DNA from: a virus
Taxonomy: Duplodnaviria > Caudoviricetes
Virus record (IMG/VR): IMGVR_UViG_2524614764_000005
Span: 40,462-104,461 of that record
DNA: 64,000 nucleotides
Reading direction: 5' to 3' (one strand)
Positions 1 to 10,731 of this stretch are shown here, one piece after another. The first letter of the stretch is position 1, and each line of letters begins with the position of its first letter. Position numbers and translations under genes: made by a program. The notes under the pieces were generated by a model. That model saw nothing but the letters and a program-made list of their open reading frames with translations, did not search any database and was not told where the DNA came from.

Positions 1-911
1 TTTACTCCTGAGTGGATTTTTTGTTTGATAGGCTTAGGGAGTTTTTGGTTGCTGTATTCTCCATTATTTTTATCAGTACCAATTGTCAATACCGCAACCG
101 CATTAATGATTTTATTCGCAATGGATTGCTCAACATCTTTAAGCTTTTTCTTATGGAGAACATCATAGAGACCAGGAGCAACCCAAGACGTACCTAAACC
201 CTGATTTCTCTTAAGAGTCCCAGTTCTAAGACAGAATGTTCTATTTTGAGGAAGCTCTTTATATTTATATTGAACGGAATCTTTTTTGAAATTTTGATAA
301 TCTTGATATGTAATATAGGGGTGGAAATTCAAAATGAGGTCTTTGCGGTAGGAATCATTATCTGAAATATTGTCAAAAAAACTCATATCCAACGTACATA
401 CCCATTCGCCATTTCTACGATAAGAGGGCTGAGCATATTCCGATCCATCGAAGATGAAGGGGTAGGGGGATTTTTTATCACCTAACCAAATACCAATTAA
501 AATACCCGCAGCTGCAGTTTGTTTCAACAAATCTCTAGTTAATCGCTTGTGCTTATTTTTGTGCAAAACTTTTTTTATTGTTTTAACATGGCTCTCTGAA
601 GCATCGGGATTTTCAAAGGAATCTATTTTAAAATTTAATGTGGGTAAAGCTTCAATTAGTTCGAAAAGTTGATGGATTTCTCCAGTGGACACATAAAAAT
701 AATTGGCTAAATCTTCGATTTCTCTTTGATACGCATCAGGTGAGGAGAAATATTCTTTTAACTGTTCCGCTGTTACGTCATTTATAATTCCTTTTGAAAA
801 CAAGTTTGAAACGAAACCAGTCGCAAAAGTAGATGCGTACGTTTCAAGATCATTCAACATTTGCTTATGTTCCTCAGATTCAATATCAACTTGCTTAATT
901 TTTTTCGCCAC
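1..911 (-). CDS. yonE: Phage portal protein, N-terminal part (runs off the window edge; absent from the ORF track)
   Basis: GTG at 911 after SD GAGGTG; MAKKIKQVDIESEEHKQMLNDLETYASTFATGFVSNLFSKG resembles SPbeta YonE; lies directly downstream of the terminase. Confidence 0.8.
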   Translation of the reverse strand, partial: MAKKIKQVDIESEEHKQMLNDLETYASTFATGFVSNLFSKGIINDVTAEQLKEYFSSPDAYQREIEDLANYFYVSTGEIHQLFELIEALPTLNFKIDSFENPDASESHVKTIKKVLHKNKHKRLTRDLLKQTAAAGILIGIWLGDKKSPYPFIFDGSEYAQPSYRRNGEWVCTLDMSFFDNISDNDSYRKDLILNFHPYITYQDYQNFKKDSVQYKYKELPQNRTFCLRTGTLKRNQGLGTSWVAPGLYDVLHKKKLKDVEQSIANKIINAVAVLTIGTDKNNGEYSNQKLPKPIKQKIHSGV

Positions 912-929
912 TTTTTCACCTCAATTCTT

Positions 930-2702
930 TTAGAAATATACTAAATCATCTTCTTCGTCAAAATTGTTTTTGGTCAGGCGCTCACTCTCTAAGTGTCTCG
1001 CCAAATAATTCCCATATGCCAATGAGGAGTATCTGTCTTTCCTCTTGCCAGATTTCTCTTTAATCTTTATAAAACCACCAACAATTTCGTGGTTCAAGTT
1101 AACCAATTCGTTTACAAGAAGAGTTGTTTGTATGTAAGGGGTTTTCATTCTGACTTTATCTTCAATATCAGCATTTTTGTATGAGGATTTATCCGAGAGG
1201 AAGTCACTACCTTCAATTTCACTAATTAACAACTCGATATTCGAACTTTGAAGATTCACACGTAATGCAGAGGCGATTTCGTGGTTTAATTTAGTGTTTC
1301 CTTTAATTGAATATACAACAGGTAATGGATTGGGAGTCTTTGCTCTTTTTCTCATTTCTTCATCATTAAAAGCACACCAAGCCTCGTATTCAACATCTCG
1401 CTCTTCATCATAGTTTACTTTTGCTAGAGCATCATAAACTGACATTCCGTTTCCGTGGGTATCTAAAGCAACGTAGCTTGCTTGAAAATCTTCAAATAAC
1501 TGCTTGATTCTGATTGCTTGATCCTCAGTGTGGTTTCCCTCTAAAGTTTCTATGTAAGGAACCTTACGTTGGTATTTATCACCATTAGGCAATAGTCTCA
1601 TACACGTTATAACGGTGTTATCATTTGCATCTCCACCCATTAACGCCACATCGACGCTAAGTATTCTAATTTCTCCATCTTTAAGCTTTTCTTTTCTTTT
1701 TTGTTTTTGAGTGGAATATTCAATATTGGTGATAGGATAGAAAGGCTTTTTGAGCGTTCTGTTTTTTGTTATATCATCTAGTTTATATAGGGCGTTTGAG
1801 TTTTGACCATACATTAGATTTTCATATTCCATAGTGAATGAAATTTCGTCAAAATCAGAACTTTCTCGGTCTTTGTCAATTCTTTCTTTTGAAAGTAAGC
1901 CATGATAAATTGAGGTTAAGTAGTCCAGCGAGAAAATCATTGTGTCTCTACCTTTTAACATCGCATCTCTTGCAGCCTGCATAGATTTCCACATCCAGTT
2001 TGATGTGTAATGAGCCGAAGATATGTAAACTTCGATATTTTCCTCTGTAAGATGACGATACTTCTCTTTCTTGAGATAGGGAGGCTGTCTATACACATTT
2101 AAGAAAGGTTTCAAAACAGTTTTGAGGACATTTTCATCAATCATTCTAAATTCTTCAAGAATTAGGATGTTTCCACGATAACCACGAGAATTTTCATTAG
2201 ATGTAACGGCTTCAATTGTGGATCCGTTGTGAAAAACAACCATTGCTTCATTTGAGGAGGATCTTATTTGTTTTATTTCTCTACTTAAGTTAGGGTATTG
2301 CATTAATTCCTTCTCGATTTTTTCGGTAATAATTAATTTTGCTTGTTTTTTAACACCAGAAGCAATCACAACTTTTGTGTTTGGGTAAAGCACACATCTC
2401 GCACATGCAAAGATTGCAATCATAAATGATTTAGATAAACCCCTTGCAGCTACTAACATAAAATAAGTGTTGATATTCATGAAATACAATAAAATTTTTT
2501 GGAACAAAAAAAGGTCTATACCAAAGTAATGTTCAACAAATCTGTGGGTGTTGAGTCTATAGAAAGTTGTCCATTTTTTAATCTGCTGACGCATATGATT
2601 GTCTGAACTTTGATTTTCTGATAACTTTGAAACACTTGTGGTTTGTTCGAGGTAGTTTTGTCCTTTAGATTCTTTGTTTCTCTTAATTTGAAAATTTCCC
2701 AT
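930..2702 (-). CDS. yonF: Terminase large subunit
   Basis: Walker A-like AARGLSKS, Walker B ILILEEF, RNase H-like nuclease motifs SVDVA...DNT and KDRYSS. Confidence 0.9.
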   Translation of the reverse strand: MGNFQIKRNKESKGQNYLEQTTSVSKLSENQSSDNHMRQQIKKWTTFYRLNTHRFVEHYFGIDLFLFQKILLYFMNINTYFMLVAARGLSKSFMIAIFACARCVLYPNTKVVIASGVKKQAKLIITEKIEKELMQYPNLSREIKQIRSSSNEAMVVFHNGSTIEAVTSNENSRGYRGNILILEEFRMIDENVLKTVLKPFLNVYRQPPYLKKEKYRHLTEENIEVYISSAHYTSNWMWKSMQAARDAMLKGRDTMIFSLDYLTSIYHGLLSKERIDKDRESSDFDEISFTMEYENLMYGQNSNALYKLDDITKNRTLKKPFYPITNIEYSTQKQKRKEKLKDGEIRILSVDVALMGGDANDNTVITCMRLLPNGDKYQRKVPYIETLEGNHTEDQAIRIKQLFEDFQASYVALDTHGNGMSVYDALAKVNYDEERDVEYEAWCAFNDEEMRKRAKTPNPLPVVYSIKGNTKLNHEIASALRVNLQSSNIELLISEIEGSDFLSDKSSYKNADIEDKVRMKTPYIQTTLLVNELVNLNHEIVGGFIKIKEKSGKRKDRYSSLAYGNYLARHLESERLTKNNFDEEDDLVYF

Positions 2703-3529
2703 TAATCTTTCACATCAAAATCTTTAGATATATTGAATATGTTTTTGAAAGGACGGACAAACCATTTTTGAATATACTTGTTAAACTGATCGAAGTCTTC
2801 ATATTCTTTCTTGTTTTCAAATGCTTCGCAAGGCTCTGTTTGTTCAACAGATTTAATCCACAAACCATAAGCGGAGAGACCCTTGTCATCATTTGCTCCT
2901 GTGGACTGTATGGGTTTTATATTCCCGTCATTGTGTAATTTGGAAGAAAGTTCAAGTAAATCCTTGTATTGCTTAACATTTCCGTTAGCTAATTCTTTAT
3001 CAGCCTGCAGGTGAACCTTTGCAATGTTTCTGTATAAATTTATTTGGACAGGGGTGTCAGTCGCATAGTTTTCACTATAAGAGCGGTAAAAGTTAATCAA
3101 ATAATCTAGATCCTGTCCACTGTAGCCATTTCCCCATATCTTATCTTCATTAACTGATGATGTTTCGATGTCTTCGTCAACAGAGACGGTTTCTTTCACG
3201 CTAAATTCACTGTCAGACCAATTCTTACTCTTATAATCTTTCATCCCTATGTTTTTCATGTATATACCTAGCACATTTCCAGTTGCCTTCTTTTTAGCCT
3301 CATTCAATGATGAAATCCATAAATCATAAATAAATGGACGATCAATCATTCTGAGAACGTGTTGCAGACTTTCCATTTTACTACCAGATTTTTTAAATTC
3401 ATCAACTAGACATTTCTTACAAACAGATAGTTTTCCAGTAGAAAGGTGGAAAGGGGATTCTGACAAGTAAAATTGTGTTTGCAATTGCTGCTTTCCGCAA
3501 CATGTACAGGTTAATTTACTAGTAGCCAT
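2702..3529 (-). CDS. yonG: YonG-like Zn-finger protein (putative terminase small subunit/packaging accessory)
   Basis: N-terminal CxCC...CKKC; coupled directly upstream of the terminase as in SPbeta. Confidence 0.65.
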   Translation of the reverse strand: MATSKLTCTCCGKQQLQTQFYLSESPFHLSTGKLSVCKKCLVDEFKKSGSKMESLQHVLRMIDRPFIYDLWISSLNEAKKKATGNVLGIYMKNIGMKDYKSKNWSDSEFSVKETVSVDEDIETSSVNEDKIWGNGYSGQDLDYLINFYRSYSENYATDTPVQINLYRNIAKVHLQADKELANGNVKQYKDLLELSSKLHNDGNIKPIQSTGANDDKGLSAYGLWIKSVEQTEPCEAFENKKEYEDFDQFNKYIQKWFVRPFKNIFNISKDFDVKD

Positions 3530-3608
3530 TGCTTCAGTTCACCTCCAATTAAAAATAAAAACACATTTTACGAAACGCCCAGATTGACTAGACGTTTTAA
3601 AAATGTGT

Positions 3609-4199
3609 TTAAGCAGTATAGAATCCGCCTAAAATTTCAATGTTTTTATTTTCTTTGATATACTGCAATTGTTTTTCACTGACAGATTCATCAATTAATA
3701 TCTTTCCTCTTCTACCATTAAGTTGATCAGCTGTTAATATGAACTCTGTTGTTGTATCTTTGAGTTGCCAGATACCGCTTTTCTCAAGAAGAGCTCGGTA
3801 TAATTCACGATATAATTTAGCGATAGTTGCATTTCCCACCACAATCAGCGCACTATCATCGTAGCAGCAGTTGAGAAGAATAGTGGTTTTACCTTTGCCC
3901 CTGTCAACTTTAGCGTTAACTTGTGCCAATTTTGGCTGTGCTTCCCTAAACCTTTTATTTAATTCAGAGTCCACTAAACCAAATCGGAGCTTATCTGTTG
4001 CATTTTCTACATTCGAGAAAAAGTTATTGTCACCGAATCTAATGATAGGTTTTTGTTTAAAAACAATTCCATGTAATTTTGATAGAACATCATTGATTTC
4101 ACGGTCGCATCTATACCCAGTTTCCTTCAGCCTAGTAAGTACTTCTAAGTGTTCACGCAAGAATTCAATATGTTCTTTGTTTTGGTTCTCGATCATCAT
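3609..4199 (-). CDS. Hypothetical protein with degenerate P-loop (RGKGKTT...LIDE)
   Basis: 196-aa ORF in operon orientation. Confidence 0.6.
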   Translation of the reverse strand: MMIENQNKEHIEFLREHLEVLTRLKETGYRCDREINDVLSKLHGIVFKQKPIIRFGDNNFFSNVENATDKLRFGLVDSELNKRFREAQPKLAQVNAKVDRGKGKTTILLNCCYDDSALIVVGNATIAKLYRELYRALLEKSGIWQLKDTTTEFILTADQLNGRRGKILIDESVSEKQLQYIKENKNIEILGGFYTA

Positions 4200-4243
4200 T
4201 CATCATCCTCATCAATAAATTAAGTTAAAATTAAAGTTTTATA

Positions 4244-4339
4244 TCAATTAGCAATCATTAGTGACAGTACGTTCTTGCTATCATCAGATAAATCGTGCCA
4301 ATGTTCTGCTAAGATACGAATAAATTCATTACCAGACAT
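4244..4339 (-). CDS. Small hypothetical protein (31 aa, MSGNEFIRILAEHWHDLSDDSKNVLSLMIAN)
   Basis: SD AAAGGGATG before ATG; fills the gap in the operon. Confidence 0.5.
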   Translation of the reverse strand: MSGNEFIRILAEHWHDLSDDSKNVLSLMIAN

Positions 4340-4352
4340 TTAATCATCCCTT

Positions 4353-5552
4353 TCACTTACTGTTATTGAAACGAATTATGTATGTAGCTTCAATACCTTC
4401 TTCATCAAATACCATGAATTTCTGTGAAGGCTTAGTTCCAAAACGTCCTTGCATAGCGTAGTCATCAGCGCCTACCAAAGCTCCGTTTACAACTACAGTA
4501 GTGCTGCCGTATTCTTTTTCGTAATTGTGGTGAACATGTCCACCGAATATGTAAGAAGGAATATAACCAAGTAATTGAGGTAATCGTGTCACGCATTGAT
4601 CAACACGATCATAGTGACCATGCACAAACACCACTTCTTGATTTTTAATTTTTGTAGGGATGAAACCGTCTTGTTCTTGTTCGAAAGTGATATTTGGAAA
4701 GTGGCTGAGGCGTGCTTTTAAGTACCAGTTGATGAAATACTCAAAGTTCTCTTTGATTCCAACATCATTTTTCGAAGGGGATAAGCGACCATGGTTTCCT
4801 GCTACGCTATAGAATTTAACATGCTCAAACTCACTAGCGAATGCCGCTAAAATTTCAGCTAATGTTTCAGTAACATACTGAGTTTGCTCAACAGAGTCAG
4901 TATTAGCTTGAACTCGTGTTGAAACATGAATCAATCCACCGATCAAATCACCAAGGTTGGCTACATGCAGAGTTGAAATTCCGTTTGTTTTTCCATGTTT
5001 AATAACGTCCTGTGCTAATTTTTGAACTCTTTCATTGAAAACTTGTTCGTTGAAGGTGTTAATACGATTATCGATATCCATTCCAAAATGCCAGTCACTG
5101 AATAATGCTAGACCGTGCTTATCAGAAGTTGAAGGGGGAGGTGGAGAGAATGTAAGAGGGCGCTTTTTCTCTAATTCCAAAATTGCTTCAGTCATATCAT
5201 CACGAATACGATCGAAGCGAGCAGAGTTTCTAATCTTCTTTGTGAACTCTCTATTCTGATCACGTCTACGGACTTCCGCTTTAGCAGCTTCAATTTTAAT
5301 CTCATCATATTTGTCAACAATTTCTTGTTCAAGATTCTTGTTTACATGGTAATCAGCCCATCTGCGGTATTGAGCAAAGTCTTTACGCCATTTACTTTCT
5401 CCATAGTTCTCACCAGATTCTTCATTTAGCAAATCTCTAATAACAAACTTGTCGATTTTATAATCGTGTTTATTTGTATGTAATCTAATAAAATAGTCGT
5501 CAAAGCTTTCGTCTTTTCCACGTTGTAATTCTGGATTTGTAATTACGCTCAT
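4353..5552 (-). CDS. yonJ: Calcineurin-like metallophosphoesterase/nuclease
   Basis: SDWHFG, GDLIGG, GNHGR, HGH and GHVHH motifs; synteny. Confidence 0.8.
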   Translation of the reverse strand: MSVITNPELQRGKDESFDDYFIRLHTNKHDYKIDKFVIRDLLNEESGENYGESKWRKDFAQYRRWADYHVNKNLEQEIVDKYDEIKIEAAKAEVRRRDQNREFTKKIRNSARFDRIRDDMTEAILELEKKRPLTFSPPPPSTSDKHGLALFSDWHFGMDIDNRINTFNEQVFNERVQKLAQDVIKHGKTNGISTLHVANLGDLIGGLIHVSTRVQANTDSVEQTQYVTETLAEILAAFASEFEHVKFYSVAGNHGRLSPSKNDVGIKENFEYFINWYLKARLSHFPNITFEQEQDGFIPTKIKNQEVVFVHGHYDRVDQCVTRLPQLLGYIPSYIFGGHVHHNYEKEYGSTTVVVNGALVGADDYAMQGRFGTKPSQKFMVFDEEGIEATYIIRFNNSK

Positions 5553-5566
5553 TAACTCACCAACCT

Positions 5567-5758
5567 TTACTCTTTGTCTTTAACAGGCAAATCATTTTCT
5601 TCCTTAATTATAATGCTGACCTGTTTTCCATTAAATTCAGATAAAATTTCTTTGAAGTCGTATGGAAGTTCCTCGTTACTTTTAACTTCGATGACTTCCA
5701 TAACATCCATATCGAAGAATCCTTTTAAATTAACTTGATTAGTCTTTTTACTTGCCAT
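5567..5758 (-). CDS. yonK: YonK family protein
   Basis: MASKK...KGFFDMDVMEV...YDFKEILSEFNGK closely matches SPbeta YonK. Confidence 0.9.
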   Translation of the reverse strand: MASKKTNQVNLKGFFDMDVMEVIEVKSNEELPYDFKEILSEFNGKQVSIIIKEENDLPVKDKE

Positions 5759-5789
5759 GTTAATACCTCCAAAATATATGTAATTTTAT

Positions 5790-6710
5790 TTAAACCGAAT
5801 AAATTCCTTCGGATGTCCAATGCCGACACATTGGAACACCCGAAAAAGGAGAGAAGAAGGGGGATAAAAAGAAATGTCGGAAGGGTGCTGGGGAAACACC
5901 CGAAGGAATTTACTAACAAAAATAACCTCATCTTTATAAGGTAGGGCTGTACGCTGATTGCGGGTTCAGCGATTGAAACCTTTGTAGTCGACAGACTTTA
6001 AGTAAGTCGATAGGATAGTAGCTAGTGAAGCACACTTTCTGGCACGTATTTTAACTCCCCGCCAGCGGAGAAATCATCGCTACTTGATGATTTGATATTC
6101 TGTGGGATTTCTTTTTTTAACGTGGGGCAGTCCCTACCACCAATACATAATTATCAATAGAAAGGTAAGACCCATGATAATCCTTCCTGAGACAAATTCT
6201 GTTGCACTTGTCAGGTCACACGCCCTTATCTACATACATTGCGTGTAGATCGCCAGTCTCTTATTCTGCATGGTTTTTCCTTACCTTGTGTGAGAAGGTA
6301 CATGCTTGGGGAAAATTTAGTTTAAAAGAAGATCGGACGCATCCAATCACCTTAAGTGAAGGCCTAAGCACAACACTTCAATTAGTTTTAATTGTCGAGC
6401 AAAACGCCTCCTATAATAAGCCCCTGCTAGGATACAGTCGCATTTATTTGAGCGTAAAGACTTATTGGCATTTGTAGCCCGATAATATTCATTTGGTATA
6501 AGTTGAAGAAGGGGGTGTCCAAACCTATATAAATGAATATTATCCGACTCAGGAGTAGCCATCTCCTATAAACAGAGTCAGACCTATCTTAAGAAAGGGA
6601 GTGAGACAGTTTGGAGAACAAAATTGTACAGGGTAGTCAACCCACTAATGACTATTATCCTATTAATAATCATTAGTCAGCCACGAATACCCCCATATTC
6701 GTGATAGACC
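5790..6710 (-). ncRNA. Candidate long structured non-coding RNA/leader between yonN and yonK
   Basis: About 950 bp with no credible ORF, higher GC than flanks and many long hairpins (5800-5912, 6228-6250, 6481-6544, 6644-6703). Confidence 0.4.
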
Positions 6711-6748
6711 TCTAATATTGAAGAAGTGTGTAATTTATTTAGATAAAA

Positions 6749-7024
6749 TTAACCTTTTACAGCATCTTTAAGTGCTTTTGCAGCTTTAAACTTCGGTGCT
6801 TTAGTTTCAGGAATATCGATTTCTTCACCTGTTGAAGGGTTTCGGCCTTTGCGAGCTGCACGAGTTGTTGATTCAAAACCACCAAAACCTGCGATCTTAA
6901 CTTGTCCACCTTCTTTTAACACAGATGTGATTTCATCTAAAGTCGTTTCAATTACCGAAAGTACTTCTTTCTTAGTAAATCCTGTCTTCTCAACCACAGC
7001 TGAGACTAATTCTGTTTTATTCAT
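6749..7024 (-). CDS. yonN: HU-family DNA-binding protein
   Basis: MNKTELV...GFGGF...RAARKGRNPSTGEEIDIP...PKFKAAKALKDAVK. Confidence 0.95.
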   Translation of the reverse strand: MNKTELVSAVVEKTGFTKKEVLSVIETTLDEITSVLKEGGQVKIAGFGGFESTTRAARKGRNPSTGEEIDIPETKAPKFKAAKALKDAVKG

Positions 7025-7153
7025 TCTTATTCCTCCTGATTATATGTGTAATTTGTATTTTGAAAATTGGGGAGGGGAGATATACTAACCTTTTTAATTT
7101 GGATATTTGCTTTTTACCTCCCTTATGACGATTATCTCCAAAAGTGGTCTAAA

Positions 7154-7246
7154 CCCTTGTGGTTGTAGGGCTGAAGCCACTTTTTATTAGTGTTATTTTT
7201 GCACAAAAACGCTGTATCCCTTGTGGCTCTAAGGCTGAAGCCACTT
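7154..7246. repeat. 29-bp direct repeat x2 (CCCTTGTGGnTnTAnGGCTGAAGCCACTT), 64 bp apart
   Basis: 7154-7182 and 7218-7246, 3 mismatches. Confidence 0.9.
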
Positions 7247-7247
7247 C

Positions 7248-9779
7248 CTAAACCGTCATTTTTGTTCTGGATGTATATGATTTCTGTCTTTTTCTATGTT
7301 TTTCTTTTTCAATTGCGACTGAACACTTTGAACAAAAACTAGAGTTGTTTGAGGTAGGCTTATACATTTGTCCACACTTTACGCAACCTTTGAAAGTTTT
7401 TAAATTCCTTTTTAGATTATTTAGTATGGTCTCACCAAAACATTCCCACAACGTTGCTTTATACCTGCTTTTCTTTTTGTATAGATGTTTCACAAGAACA
7501 TCCACAACATACTGTTCATCGCCATTTATTTCAAGTAGCTTTTCTCTAATGAGCTTATAAACGTACAATTTCTGATTCGGCTTAGTTTCTTCATTATTAG
7601 TAAGCCATTTTTTATTGCGATCAAGCTTTATGTATTCACTAACCAATTCTTCATCTTCTTTAATACGTTTGTTTTTTAATAAGAAGTTATAATCGAAATG
7701 TCCAGCAACGGCCTTGAAATTAATCCTATCAGTTGGAATGATTTCTTCTAGTTTATTTACTGTACTTTCATTAATAGACTGTACAGAAGAGATATCCTTA
7801 TCTTTAGCATGAACAAAGAAGAAAGGCACTTTGTCTTTTATGTAATTTTTAATTTGTTTGTCAACATTGTCTGGTCTTGTAGGCATAAACAAGGTTTTTG
7901 CATAATCAATAGCGAAGTTATTTTCAGCGCATAGCCATTTGATAACATTAATATTAACTGAAGAACTGTTCCAGATCTTCGTTATATTGTTACTATACTC
8001 GCCAATATTAACTGCATAGGCATTTGTCAAAGATTCATAAATATTTTCACTATTAATAATCTGTTTGTTTGCAACACCCATTTCATAATAAAGGGGGACG
8101 ATGTCAGCAACATGCTTCTTTGCAATATTAACAAAGAATGTATCTGATATGATCAGCGCTTTATCTCCGTCATTGTCAAACTGGAGCAATTTTGAGATTG
8201 GATCATGAACACTTGTATAAACTCCTTTAGTGATAAACCAGTCATCTAAAAGCTCATTTCTAACATTCTTTCTAATACCATGCTCACGATAAAGATGAGG
8301 GGAGCGAAGTACATCAATTTCTCCTTCATCATAAAGCGCACAGTAAACATTGCTACCATCCAACAAACCATTTGGATGTTCAATTCCCAGAAAAAGTTTT
8401 TCACAAAAAGCGTATAAATCAGGGCAGAGATATGTGTACTTGGAGTTTTCAATTTGCAGCTTGCCTGATTTTGCGTCTTTTACAAGACTCTTTTTCTTAT
8501 TCTTAATGGTTTCTTTGACATGATCATCATTCAATAGTTGAGGATAGAGAAGTAATGCATTTTGCAAAGGCGATCTGAATTTTCGATTCTCAGTAGCCCC
8601 CATAATTTTTAACATAATATCTTTATCATTACCAATAGCCTTTATTTCCTCAACAGTTTTGTTACTAATAGACTTGAGCTCATCATGAGTAATATCAGTA
8701 AGGGTTTGAAGCATTTGATATGTAAGTTTCCCCTCAACTGAAGGATCTTCTTCATTTAATTTTGCACCTAGACAACCGTACAGAACAAATTTTTCTTGAT
8801 ATTCGCTCCAGGACTTATAATATTTCCACATCTTAAATTGTGATTTAGTGAAAATAATCTGGATATCATCTTTCTTAATATCCCATACCTTACCGTATAT
8901 GTCAGTAATTTGTGTTTTGTTATGTGTTTCTGCAAAACGATGAAAGTCGAAGGGCACTAACAGTCCTTTAACCCACGGCAGTCTGACCATAAAGCTTTTA
9001 CTACTGAGCTTAGGTGATATAATTCCACAACCATCAGTATGTTCAATAGGAATGTTCATTGTCTTTCTAGTAATCTCATATGTATTTCTATCAATGTAAT
9101 CAACTTCACTCATTACATTAGTCTCTAAGTCATCAACAACAACAGTTTTACTGATATCAATATCCCAATGGCTGCTGGCACTATTCGATAAAGCGAGGTA
9201 AGCATTCCATTTATTGATATTCATCCCACCATTAGAATTGATATCTTCAAGACTGAGGCCACATGTTAAAGCATTTTCAAATTTATCGTATGTAGACTTC
9301 TTAATAAAACAAGCTTTTTTCGTTCGTATTTGCCCAGCTGAACTCGTAAAGTAAACATAAAGTTCATTATTATGTACAAAACCTTTATCAAGAATACTCT
9401 TGAACACCTGGAAATGGTATACCTGAACCACAATTACATCATCAGAGAAATTGTTTTCTTTTATACCTAGAGTTCGAGTCATAACTGAATCAAACATAGC
9501 GATCTTTTTATTATCAGTTAATGTATCGGCTCTAAGCATTCGTACACTTTCATGTTCACTGAAGGCTTGATTTAACTCCTGTTTTAATTTAGCGATTCTG
9601 TTTTTTATGTATTTCTTATTTTTTTTGGTATCCCCATTATGTGTTTTAAGCAAATCTCTATATCTATAAGACTTTAAAATCTTTCTATGTAATAAATTTT
9701 CCCGATCATTATAAAAACTCGAAGTATCGAGACTATAAATAAACACTTGTTTGCTTAAATCATTTGTTTTTCTCCCCAA
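7248..9779 (-). CDS. yonO: YonO single-subunit two-barrel DNA-dependent RNA polymerase (late transcription)
   Basis: 843 aa; TDGCG, LRSPH, catalytic QFDNDGD (DxDGD) motif, C-terminal Zn finger. Confidence 0.93.
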   Translation of the reverse strand: MGRKTNDLSKQVFIYSLDTSSFYNDRENLLHRKILKSYRYRDLLKTHNGDTKKNKKYIKNRIAKLKQELNQAFSEHESVRMLRADTLTDNKKIAMFDSVMTRTLGIKENNFSDDVIVVQVYHFQVFKSILDKGFVHNNELYVYFTSSAGQIRTKKACFIKKSTYDKFENALTCGLSLEDINSNGGMNINKWNAYLALSNSASSHWDIDISKTVVVDDLETNVMSEVDYIDRNTYEITRKTMNIPIEHTDGCGIISPKLSSKSFMVRLPWVKGLLVPFDFHRFAETHNKTQITDIYGKVWDIKKDDIQIIFTKSQFKMWKYYKSWSEYQEKFVLYGCLGAKLNEEDPSVEGKLTYQMLQTLTDITHDELKSISNKTVEEIKAIGNDKDIMLKIMGATENRKFRSPLQNALLLYPQLLNDDHVKETIKNKKKSLVKDAKSGKLQIENSKYTYLCPDLYAFCEKLFLGIEHPNGLLDGSNVYCALYDEGEIDVLRSPHLYREHGIRKNVRNELLDDWFITKGVYTSVHDPISKLLQFDNDGDKALIISDTFFVNIAKKHVADIVPLYYEMGVANKQIINSENIYESLTNAYAVNIGEYSNNITKIWNSSSVNINVIKWLCAENNFAIDYAKTLFMPTRPDNVDKQIKNYIKDKVPFFFVHAKDKDISSVQSINESTVNKLEEIIPTDRINFKAVAGHFDYNFLLKNKRIKEDEELVSEYIKLDRNKKWLTNNEETKPNQKLYVYKLIREKLLEINGDEQYVVDVLVKHLYKKKSRYKATLWECFGETILNNLKRNLKTFKGCVKCGQMYKPTSNNSSFCSKCSVAIEKEKHRKRQKSYTSRTKMTV

Positions 9780-9791
9780 AAGCGCTCTCCT

Positions 9792-9971
9792 CTATTTGTT
9801 ATTTTGTCTTTCAATATGTAATGCCAATCTTTTAAATAGGGTAGAAGACTCGTCCATTTTGCCAAACCATTTGAAGTCTTCGTAAAATGTGTTCTCTTCT
9901 TGAGAAGCAATACCATTAACAATCCGATACTCAAGAAGTTCAATAATGTCCTGCTTGTTACATGATCCCAA
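9792..9971 (-). CDS. yonP: YonP-position small protein (MGSCNKQDIIELLEYRIVNGIASQEENTFYEDF...)
   Basis: TTG at 9971 after SD GAGGTG; stops just before the yonO SD. This is a different frame from the 9755..9979 track ORF. Confidence 0.6.
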   Translation of the reverse strand: MGSCNKQDIIELLEYRIVNGIASQEENTFYEDFKWFGKMDESSTLFKRLALHIERQNNK

Positions 9972-10003
9972 TAAATCACCTCATTTCAATTTGATATAAG
10001 GTG

Positions 10004-10032
10004 ATTTTATATGTAATTTGTATTTTAGTCAA
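10004..10032 (-). promoter_or_regulatory. SPBRE sigma-A promoter (TTGACT-AAAATACAAATTACATA-TAAAAT) driving yonP-yonO
   Basis: 17-bp spacer equals the SPbeta repeated element core (MrpR operator). Confidence 0.8.
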
Positions 10033-10078
10033 TATAAAAATATATGTTATTTGTATTTTATTAAGAGAGACTGATTAC

Positions 10079-10318
10079 TCAGTCTTCAATAATGGAGAAG
10101 AGATCATGTATTTCGCATTCCAACGTTTTGCATAATGCTATAGCGTAAGGAAGTGATGGGGGATTGGAACAGAAACCTTCATCATTATTAGCACACCAAA
10201 TAGAAATTCTACTGGAGTTAGTGCCTATTTGGTCAGCAAGCCACTTCTGTTTAATACCTTTAGAGTTTAGGTAGTCCTTTAAATTGCTTCTAACCTTATA
10301 TTTCATAATATCACCCAA
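10079..10318 (-). CDS. yonR: XRE-family HTH regulator
   Basis: SNLKDYLNSKGIKQKWLADQIG...CEIHDLF; synteny. Confidence 0.75.
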   Translation of the reverse strand: MGDIMKYKVRSNLKDYLNSKGIKQKWLADQIGTNSSRISIWCANNDEGFCSNPPSLPYAIALCKTLECEIHDLFSIIED

Positions 10319-10434
10319 TGAGAATTTTATATTATGTGTTGTCTTTATTCAAATGTTCAATTAAATTCACTTAAATAGATAAAAAAAGTTGTCTATATGG
10401 ATAACTTTTGTTACTCTATCAGTGGAGGTGCAGT

Positions 10435-10731
10435 ATGACATATTTTGATGAAGTCGTTGCCAGATTAAATATTGATGATGTATCACTGTTAACATTGCTG
10501 CAAGAATGCGGAGCGAACAGGCTAATAAAAGGAATGACAAAAGAAGACTTCAAGATCGAATCAGTTAAGTTAGACACTCAATTTTCAGAAGCGACTATAA
10601 GATCAGCTTTAAGTAAATTAGAGGCACTGCTGCTTATTGAAAGAGACTCGTCAAGTAAGCACCATAAATTCATAATTACTTCATATGGAATTATGGCCTT
10701 AGAATATCATTTGGAAGGGGAAATGATTTAA
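10435..10731 (+). CDS. Winged-helix DNA-binding protein, TubR-like adaptor
   Basis: ATG after SD GGAGGTG; SEATIRSALSKLE...FIITSYG wHTH; translationally coupled to the tubulin gene. Confidence 0.65.
   Translation: MTYFDEVVARLNIDDVSLLTLLQECGANRLIKGMTKEDFKIESVKLDTQFSEATIRSALSKLEALLLIERDSSSKHHKFIITSYGIMALEYHLEGEMI

Noticed and set aside
5760-6748. tRNA genes or the ORFs 5725-5944 and 6202-6562 in the yonK-yonN gap
   Set aside because: No cloverleaf/TTCGA-CCA pattern was recognised; the ORFs lack SDs and protein-like composition.
7248-9779. YonO as an RNA-dependent RNA polymerase or a novel system
   Set aside because: It is the known DNA-dependent late-gene RNA polymerase of SPbeta.
9755-9979. 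Track ORF of 74 aa upstream of yonO
   Set aside because: Its start overlaps the SD and it runs into yonO; the alternative frame 9792-9971 has a proper SD and spacing.
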